Source: a virus (Duplodnaviria > Heunggongvirae > Uroviricota > Caudoviricetes). From it: DNA of 4,866 nt. This document shows, one piece after another, positions 1-4,866 of the stretch. Numbering within the stretch: position 1 is the stretch's first letter; each line of letters opens with the position of its first letter. The notes beneath the pieces are model-generated. The model was not told the DNA's origin and ran no database searches. It saw only the letters and a program-made list of their open reading frames with translations. Both the position numbers and the translations under genes were made by a program. Location: the IMG/VR virus record IMGVR_UViG_2671180415_000012. One strand, given 5' to 3'.

Positions 1-287
1 AACTAGATCTGAGTGATAAAAGCATATATTTCATAGAGTATCTAAATGACCAAGGACCAAATAGATACTTCCAAAAAGTCATGTATACTAATGGGTTTGA
101 AATTATTACATTAGATAGAACTGTATGGGAATTACGCAGATACTGCCGCTTACTAAATTATCAACTCAAAACCCCTAAAGGTGAGCTAATAGATATGCTA
201 GAAGTAGAATTACGGAAAATTGAGCACTCAAGGAATGTACCGCCACATAAATATAAAATCACAGATGGTTATTTGGAAAAGCGATGA
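1..287 (+). CDS. 3' end of an ORF that is open to the left window edge (about 95 codons visible, stop TGA at 285-287); unknown product, in an AT-rich segment
   Basis: Frame of the listed 81..287 ORF has no stop codon back to position 3, so the ATG at 81 is probably internal. Segment 1-600 is visibly AT-rich compared with the replication gene. No recognisable motif. Confidence 0.4.
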   Translation, partial: LDLSDKSIYFIEYLNDQGPNRYFQKVMYTNGFEIITLDRTVWELRRYCRLLNYQLKTPKGELIDMLEVELRKIEHSRNVPPHKYKITDGYLEKR

Positions 288-614
288 AAAGACAATAAAT
301 ATAATCACGGAAACATTTTAACATGGAAGAATCTATTTTTTGGGAAGACGAAAAAAAACACAATAAAAATTGGACGCTCACAACGTATCAGTTACCCTAC
401 TCAATATATACATCCTGAAAGCTTAGAGTTATTCAATAAATTTTTCAAAACTAACTAACTTATAGCGCTTATCTATTAATCCAGCAAACCAGAAAAGTGT
501 TTGCTGTTATGTACGTAATACTAAGCGACAAATATCCTCTTATGGCTAACTACCTGTCGGCTAAAACTTAATATTCCATGCTGTAATAAAATTTTTGTAT
601 TTTAACCCTTCACG

Positions 615-835
615 TGTTCACCTTTTGCTATTTTCTCTTTCAATTCATAATGTTAAGGGGTGAACAGTTTCACAAAAACTATTCACCAACTGTTCACCAC
701 TGTTCACCCTTGCAGCTCAATAAACAATCAAAAAGGTGAACAGTGAATAGTTTGGTGAACAGTTCATAAATAACTGTTCACCCTATAATATAATGATATA
801 AAAGACATTTATGACGGGGTGAACAGTGGTGAACA
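615..835. repeat. Iteron cluster, P4-type origin-like (ori or crr): octamer TGTTCACC / GGTGAACA, extended core ACTGTTCACC
   Basis: Perfect octamer copies at 615-622(+), 659-666(-), 691-698(+), 701-708(+), 735-742(-), 754-761(-), 775-782(+), 818-825(-), 828-835(-), plus degenerate copies at 680-687 and 742-749. AT-rich flank at 570-660. Sits immediately 3' of the alpha-like gene (stop at 850-852). TGTTCACC is, to my recollection, the type I iteron bound by phage P4 alpha protein. Confidence 0.8.
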
Positions 836-849
836 GTTATTCCATAAGT

Positions 850-2535
850 TTAATTTTTGCTATCGTCATTAGTGACCGATACACATGATGGCATCCAGTC
901 TTCTGATTCCTCCGTCAGTGTCACGTTTGAACGCAAACCGTGCTTCGTTTTCCGTTTCATATACTCCCTGCCATATTCCGCCATTGCCCCCGGCATATCT
1001 TTACCGAAGCGCGTCAGTGTTACAGGTTTACCAAACCCATGTGCCCTCATATAAGCCAGATAGGCATGATAGAGATACCTGCGTGGGCTGAATGGCACAA
1101 TTTCAGCATTACCCACTAACAGGCCATCACACATTACCGACGCCATGAGATAGCCGCAGAAGTCCACCAGCGAATCCCCCTCTCGCTTTATCGCCAGTGC
1201 TTCTTCAGATTTCTGCTGCTCATATAACAGGCGTCTGGCTTCGTCCTGGTCAGCAAACCGTGTAAGCAGATGGCGAATCACTACCGCCAGCTCACCTTCT
1301 ATTTTTTCCGCCAGCATTGGGTCGCGTTCGTTCTCCGGTACAACTTCCGAAAAATTGAATATCACCCGACGACGTGAGATCCCCCCGCTGCGGTCACTGA
1401 ATGACATGGCGTTATTGTTAACCGCCAGCACTACTGCCGGAATACGCGTTGAGTAGGGGGCTTTGTGTTTCGGGTCAATTGCCACCTTGTCACCGCCTGT
1501 AATGGCCTTAATCCCTGCCCCATCACCAGCGTAGCGGGTCATATCCGGCATGATAATCAGCGAAAAGCCAACCACTAACGCGCGTTCCCTTGCATCTTCC
1601 AGCGCCTTCATGCTTGCCGATACTGTGTTGGCCTTACCCGCCAGCATGGTGCAAATCTCCGCCATCACGCTTTTACCACTTCCCCCTGGACCTGTTACCT
1701 CAATGAATAACTGCCAGTCGTACCGGTTCGCCAGCACCATGAATAATGCAGCCAGTACGCGATCCGCCTTGCGGTCATTCTCAGCCACCGAACGGCGTAA
1801 CCACTTCCAGAAATTCGGCGCATGTGTTGCCAGCGTTTCCCCCTCTGCTGGTGGGCTGAAAGGTAATTCACTGGCAATTAACAACCAGTCGTTTTTGTTA
1901 TGCTCCCGAAAATTACCTGTTCTGGTATCAAATACCCCGTTACTGAATCCAATCAGGTTACGGGCTGTATTCCCCATTACAGGCAAACTTAACTTCATGG
2001 TATCGACCGCCGATTTAATGGCGTTCTGCGAATAGCTGATCTCCGCATCAATGAAAATCTGTGCCATAGCTCGCTGTAATTCTTTATCCTGTACTGGCTC
2101 CCATACAACGCCGTTGTAATGGTGAACAGTGTCAGAGTCAGCATGAATCGCCAGTTCACCGCCATAATGTGCCAGGAGAACTTCGCCGCGTTGACTTGCT
2201 CCCATCTGGTTAAGCGCCAGTGATGAAGCGTTATCGTCTTTTACCCGCTCTTTTTTCTTTACAGGCAGTTCAACTACCTTTTTCTTTTCCGCCTGCTCTG
2301 CCCGTTCACGTTCCAGATATTCGCGCCAGTTCTCCCGTTTCTGGCTGTGCATTCCTTCAGGGTAATAATCAGCATCCCTGACACCTGCCGCTGCCAGTTT
2401 CTGCCCGATGGTATTAACAAGCCCCGGACGCAATAACCCCGCCTGGTAGAGACGCACCCGATAGCGTCCGTCCGGTACGATTTGCAGCTTATCCAGTTCG
2501 GCAAGTTGTTGTTCTCCAAGCCAGACAGGAGGCAC
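850..2535 (-). CDS. P4 alpha-family replication protein (primase/helicase with SF3-type NTPase core and C-terminal origin-binding region); portion downstream of the N-run, true start lies upstream of the gap
   Basis: 561-aa open frame with Walker A GPGGSGKS and Walker B-like LIIMPD, a layout typical of phage/plasmid primase P4-family C-terminal helicase domains. Followed directly by the matching iterons. The GTG at 2535 is only where the frame meets the N-run, not a real start. Confidence 0.85.
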   Translation of the reverse strand: MPPVWLGEQQLAELDKLQIVPDGRYRVRLYQAGLLRPGLVNTIGQKLAAAGVRDADYYPEGMHSQKRENWREYLERERAEQAEKKKVVELPVKKKERVKDDNASSLALNQMGASQRGEVLLAHYGGELAIHADSDTVHHYNGVVWEPVQDKELQRAMAQIFIDAEISYSQNAIKSAVDTMKLSLPVMGNTARNLIGFSNGVFDTRTGNFREHNKNDWLLIASELPFSPPAEGETLATHAPNFWKWLRRSVAENDRKADRVLAALFMVLANRYDWQLFIEVTGPGGSGKSVMAEICTMLAGKANTVSASMKALEDARERALVVGFSLIIMPDMTRYAGDGAGIKAITGGDKVAIDPKHKAPYSTRIPAVVLAVNNNAMSFSDRSGGISRRRVIFNFSEVVPENERDPMLAEKIEGELAVVIRHLLTRFADQDEARRLLYEQQKSEEALAIKREGDSLVDFCGYLMASVMCDGLLVGNAEIVPFSPRRYLYHAYLAYMRAHGFGKPVTLTRFGKDMPGAMAEYGREYMKRKTKHGLRSNVTLTEESEDWMPSCVSVTNDDSKN

Positions 2536-2541
2536 GCTGTC

Positions 2542-2682
2542 NNNNNNNNNNNNNNNNNNNNNNNNNNNNNNNNNNNNNNNNNNNNNNNNNNNNNNNNNNN
2601 NNNNNNNNNNNNNNNNNNNNNNNNNNNNNNNNNNNNNNNNNNNNNNNNNNNNNNNNNNNNNNNNNNNNNNNNNNNNNNNNNN
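2542..2682. other. Run of 141 N (assembly gap or masked sequence) inside the replication gene
   Basis: Literal n characters in the sequence. Confidence 0.95.
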
Positions 2683-2840
2683 TGCTCTCCAAGCCAGACA
2701 GGTGGCACGTTATCGCCAGCCAGTCGCCCGTCCTGTTCCTGCCACTGTTTCGCATGTGCCCACGCATCACTACCCGCAAAAATGATGACTTCCGTCATTT
2801 TGTCACGCGGCTGGTGTTTTAAATTTGGCGCTTTTTTCAT
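2683..2840 (-). CDS. Probable N-terminal segment of the same alpha-like replication gene (MKKAPNLKHQPRDKMTEVIIFAGSDAWAHAKQWQEQDGRLAGDNVPPVWLGE...), separated from the body by the N-run
   Basis: ATG at 2840-2838 preceded by GGAGAGAG (2855-2848). The peptide ends in DNVPPVWLGE, the same motif that restarts the body after the gap. The frame differs by one nucleotide from the body, so the gap length is probably not exact. Confidence 0.5.
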
Positions 2841-3136
2841 TTCTGCTCTCTCCACGCGGCAATCATGTTTTTCAGTTCCTGTAGTTTTTTATCAACATCC
2901 ATACATGACACATGGTTATTTCTGGAAAGCGGGATTTCCCGCCTGAATCTGCTAATAAAGATCTCCACGTTCAGCGAACTATGAAATGAATAGCCATCAC
3001 GAATAAAATACACACGGTCAAACATCAGTTCTTTTACCGTTACTCTGTTACCGTTCTTATCCAGATAAATAGCGCCGGGGATAATTTTGGGGTGTGCATA
3101 ACCGCTGGCAGTCAAGCCAGATAAATACGTTCTCAT
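2837..3136 (-). CDS. Hypothetical 99-aa protein immediately upstream of, and translationally coupled to, the alpha-like gene
   Basis: ATG at 3136-3134. Its TGA stop (2839-2837) overlaps the alpha ATG (2840-2838) as ATGA. Globular-looking composition. Position matches that of the small cnr gene upstream of alpha in P4, but no sequence identity is claimed. Confidence 0.55.
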   Translation of the reverse strand: MRTYLSGLTASGYAHPKIIPGAIYLDKNGNRVTVKELMFDRVYFIRDGYSFHSSLNVEIFISRFRREIPLSRNNHVSCMDVDKKLQELKNMIAAWREQK

Positions 3137-3142
3137 GATTAT

Positions 3143-3438
3143 TTATCTCAGATTTGAATCAGTATTCGCTTTCTCTATGGCATTTAATGCATCTGTGGCA
3201 TTTTCAATGGTGCACCGTAACGAAATATCAAACTGCCCAAGCATTGCCAGTAACAAGCCAATATTACCCATGTCAATGCGCATAGCCTTTTCGTCATATT
3301 CCTCATTTTCTGACGCATGCCACATCAGGCTACCAATTGACGCAACAGCCATTGATATATTGTCAGTAGCCCCATCCGCAGCGGAATAAACCTTTTTAGC
3401 AATATCATGCTCACAGTTAAAATGCGGATTAATCAGGT
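3143..3438 (-). CDS. Hypothetical protein, 3' portion only (about 98 aa visible, ends ...AIEKANTDSNLR); 5' end lost in the N-run
   Basis: Open frame with protein-like composition running into the N-run at 3439. Stop TAA at 3145-3143, 6 nt before the next gene start, suggesting one operon with the 99-aa gene and alpha. Confidence 0.45.
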
Positions 3439-3633
3439 NNNNNNNNNNNNNNNNNNNNNNNNNNNNNNNNNNNNNNNNNNNNNNNNNNNNNNNNNNNNNN
3501 NNNNNNNNNNNNNNNNNNNNNNNNNNNNNNNNNNNNNNNNNNNNNNNNNNNNNNNNNNNNNNNNNNNNNNNNNNNNNNNNNNNNNNNNNNNNNNNNNNNN
3601 NNNNNNNNNNNNNNNNNNNNNNNNNNNNNNNNN
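3439..3633. other. Run of 195 N (assembly gap or masked sequence)
   Basis: Literal n characters in the sequence. Confidence 0.95.
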
Positions 3634-3690
3634 AACGACACTTGCGGGGCTTCGTCGTTTCAATTGCTGAATTGCATGTATCAGCACTTG

Positions 3691-3745
3691 TGGTATTCAC
3701 ATTACATTTAGGTGAATACCATTTCAAGTCTTTTTTGGTATTCAC
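3691..3745. promoter_or_regulatory. Operator-like repeat set: perfect inverted repeat TGGTATTCAC-N11-GTGAATACCA (3691-3721) plus a third direct copy TGGTATTCAC (3736-3745), overlapping a candidate leftward sigma70 promoter (-35 TTGAAA at 3727-3722, 17-nt spacer, -10 TAATGT at 3704-3699, minus strand)
   Basis: Read directly from the sequence. The repeats lie between the divergent plus-strand gene (start 3789) and the leftward operon. Half-sites resemble the origin iteron (GGTGAATA vs GGTGAACA). Confidence 0.45.
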
Positions 3746-3788
3746 TTTTGTATTACACTGCATCCCGTTATTAATGGGAGGTGCAAAC

Positions 3789-4094
3789 ATGTCCAGGAGT
3801 TCTGTTAACAATAAGTCACAGCAACTGAATGCCAGATTTCCACATGAAGTAGTGAGTGGCATTGAGGCATCCCTACAGCCAGGGGAAACTAAAGCGAATT
3901 TTATAGTTACGGCTGTACGCGGTGAGATCGCCAGGCGCCAGGCAGAAGGAAGTGGAGAAAATCCCCTTGTGTCTTCACTGGATGCCCTAGCTAATGTCGA
4001 ACAAATCGGCATCAAGGCAGCGGAGGAAATCGGGCAGCTTATCACCGTTGCACGCGAAGAACTCCAGCGCCGCAAGGCCAAAGAATCAGAATAA
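3789..4094 (+). CDS. Small 101-aa protein on the opposite strand from the flanking genes; candidate DNA-binding regulator/repressor (ribbon-helix-helix-like N-terminal region is a guess)
   Basis: ATG at 3789 preceded by GGGAGG (3776-3781) with a 7-nt spacer. Cys-free, protein-like composition (MSRSSVNNKSQQLNARFPHEVVSGIEASLQPGETKANFIVTAVRGEIARRQAE...). Operator-like palindrome upstream and a rho-independent terminator downstream. The 3642 start in the ORF track would read through the RBS and is less likely. Confidence 0.65.
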   Translation: MSRSSVNNKSQQLNARFPHEVVSGIEASLQPGETKANFIVTAVRGEIARRQAEGSGENPLVSSLDALANVEQIGIKAAEEIGQLITVAREELQRRKAKESE

Positions 4095-4151
4095 TCACTA
4101 TCAGCGCCGTGGTGTGAGGAACTCCGGCGCATTGCTTTACAGGCGCACACA

Positions 4152-4328
4152 ATGACCAACGAAGAATCAACCAAAAAAACATCACCTGCACGAAAAAGAC
4201 GACGCAGAAAGAAAGAGCATGAATCAGAACGATTCGCGCCGTGTTCTTTTGCCCTTGAGAAGTACCTTAAAGAATACTCATCAAAGGAGAGAGCTTCGCA
4301 GTTATGGCAACGCACTGAAACAGACTGA
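4152..4328 (+). CDS. Possible small basic ORF (58 aa, MTNEESTKKTSPARKRRRRKKEHESERF...), in the same frame as the preceding gene
   Basis: Below the ORF-track size cutoff. Only a weak AGG Shine-Dalgarno. Lies between the 101-aa gene and the plus-strand terminator. May be non-coding. Confidence 0.2.
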   Translation: MTNEESTKKTSPARKRRRRKKEHESERFAPCSFALEKYLKEYSSKERASQLWQRTETD

Positions 4329-4392
4329 TAGCATTGCCCACCAGCCTGATAGCGGCTATCATTGACATGCTTATGTTTAGTGTTTCCAAACT

Positions 4393-4420
4393 GGCGACCG
4401 CCCCAGGTCGCCTTTGTTTT
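4393..4420 (+). terminator. Rho-independent terminator for the plus-strand unit: stem GGCGACC / GGTCGCC, loop GCCCCA, then TTTGTTTT
   Basis: Perfect 7-bp GC-rich hairpin followed by a T-tract, located between the convergent plus-strand gene(s) and the alpA stop at 4440. Confidence 0.6.
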
Positions 4421-4439
4421 ATGTGTCATATGCTCCCCT

Positions 4440-4649
4440 TTACACTGCCTTACCTGAATTAATGCGATCCCGGCTTTTAACCCATTCCATAACCTCGGAC
4501 AGCAGCCACCCTACAGAACGACCGCCCAGATTAAGACGTGACGGAAAGCGCCCTTTTTTCTCCAGTTCGTAACGTGTAGTGCGGCACACTCCAGTTAACT
4601 TACGACATTCATCCTCACGGATTACGCGATCTTCATTTATTTCACGCAT
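4440..4649 (-). CDS. alpA: AlpA-family (P4 Vis-like) phage transcriptional regulator/excisionase-type HTH protein, 69 aa
   Basis: Translation MREINEDRVIREDECRKLTGVCRTTRYELEKKGRFPSRLNLGGRSVGWLLSEVMEWVKSRDRI... aligns by eye with the conserved TG..R.T.Y / FP / LG.RSVGW / EW..R positions of E. coli AlpA. The internal ATG at 4649 is preferred over the GTG at 4736 because it gives the usual family size and places the HTH near the N-terminus. Confidence 0.8.
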   Translation of the reverse strand: MREINEDRVIREDECRKLTGVCRTTRYELEKKGRFPSRLNLGGRSVGWLLSEVMEWVKSRDRINSGKAV

Positions 4650-4763
4650 ACAAAAACCTACATAAAAATTACGTATATAAACTTTTCTCTTAGCTGTAGA
4701 TATATGAGATCGGATATTACTTAGATTCTTTTTCACCTCTTAAATTAAAAACACAACCATGCT

Positions 4764-4866
4764 GGTAATGACTCCAACTTATTGATAGTGTTTTATGTTC
4801 AGATAATGCCCGATGACTTTGTCATGCAGCTCCACCGATTTTGAGAACGACAGCGACTTCCGTCCC
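4764..4866 (-). mobile_element. IS1 insertion sequence, right end (IRR GGTAATGACTCCAACTTATTGAT at 4764-4786), continuing beyond the window
   Basis: The reverse complement of 4764-4866 matches from memory the last about 103 nt of IS1 (...GGGACGGAAGTCGCTGTCGTTCTCAAAATCGGTGGAGCTGCATGACAAAGTCATCGGGCATTATCTGAACATAAAACACTATCAATAAGTTGGAGTCATTACC). Confidence 0.9.
4779..4866 (-). CDS. insB: IS1 transposase InsB, C-terminal end (partial; ...GRKSLSFSKSVELHDKVIGHYLNIKHYQ*)
   Basis: Minus-strand translation ends with the remembered InsB C-terminus. Stop TAA at 4781-4779 inside the IS1 terminal repeat region. Confidence 0.85.
   Translation of the reverse strand, partial: GRKSLSFSKSVELHDKVIGHYLNIKHYQ

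Noticed and set aside
482-505. 8-bp inverted repeat CAGCAAAC ... GTTTGCTG as a possible terminator
   Set aside because: No T-tract on either strand and it lies more than 190 bp from the nearest stop codon. It could be a minor stem-loop but is not supported as a terminator.
288-600. Possible tRNA gene or att site downstream of the origin (P4-type elements integrate at tRNA genes)
   Set aside because: The region is uniformly AT-rich with no cloverleaf-like GC-rich segment or recognisable tRNA 3' end. Nothing supportable from sequence alone.
615-835. Possibility that the short repeats are a CRISPR array
   Set aside because: The repeat units are only 8-10 bp, occur in both orientations and have irregular spacing, with no uniform spacers. 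This is the architecture of replication-origin iterons.
857-2035. ORF-track entries 857..1054(+), 885..1091(+), 1550..2035(+) and 1695..1877(-) inside the alpha gene
   Set aside because: All lie within or antisense to the strongly supported alpha-like CDS in other frames, have Ser/Pro/Arg/Cys-rich translations and no RBS. Treated as shadow ORFs.
2274-2946. ORF-track entries 2274..2855(-), 2482..2946(+) and 2489..2779(-) spanning the first N-run
   Set aside because: Their length comes from Ns translated as X. Only the 2683-2840 minus-strand segment upstream of the gap looks like real coding sequence; the rest overlaps the alpha body in the wrong frame.
3135-3389. Plus-strand 84-aa ORF antisense to gene X
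   Set aside because: Fully overlaps the minus-strand gene X, has no convincing RBS and a Ser/Ala/Phe-rich low-complexity translation.
3407-3687. ORFs 3407..3670(+), 3429..3641(-) and 3433..3687(-) made almost entirely of X
   Set aside because: They consist of the N-run and carry no sequence information.
3642-3788. Longer 150-aa version of the plus-strand gene starting at 3642
   Set aside because: The extension would translate through the operator repeats and the GGGAGG Shine-Dalgarno (read as M-G-G), and its N-terminal 49 aa are hydrophobic low-complexity. The ATG at 3789 with a proper RBS is preferred.
4104-4130. Inverted repeat GCGCCG ... CGGCGC between the 101-aa gene and the small basic ORF
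   Set aside because: Short stem, long 15-nt loop and no following T-run. Too weak to call a terminator or regulatory hairpin.
3634-4429. Long minus-strand open frame (about 265 codons before the N-run) starting at ATG 4429, with an AGGGGAG motif right after the alpA stop
   Set aside because: The translation is rich in Cys, Ser and Arg (around 6% Cys), which is typical of an antisense shadow frame. It overlaps the better-supported plus-strand gene and the plus-strand terminator. The 428-aa ORF in the track is an artefact of N codons translated as X joining it to gene X.
4440-4736. Longer 98-aa version of alpA starting at GTG 4736
   Set aside because: The N-terminal 29 aa come from an AT-rich stretch with no proper RBS spacing. 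AlpA-family proteins are usually about 60-70 aa with the HTH near the N-terminus, which fits the ATG at 4649.

Overview
The window reads as the replication and regulatory core of a P4-like satellite prophage (or PICI-like island) from an enterobacterium, with most genes on the minus strand. From right to left: the terminal 103 bp of an IS1 copy (4764-4866), an AlpA-family regulator gene, a convergent plus-strand small gene with an operator-like palindrome and an intrinsic terminator, then a leftward operon (partial gene X, a 99-aa gene, and a P4 alpha-family primase/helicase gene interrupted by an N-run), followed by a dense cluster of TGTTCACC iterons (ori/crr-like) and an AT-rich segment holding the 3' end of an ORF that runs off the left edge. 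Two N-runs (2542-2682, 3439-3633) hide sequence, so the start of the replication gene and of gene X cannot be fixed. No rRNA, tRNA or CRISPR array is supported. The most interesting candidate is the opposite-strand small gene and its palindromic, iteron-like operator sitting between alpA and the replication operon; it may be a protein repressor module, but all functional assignments here are from sequence reading only, with no database search.
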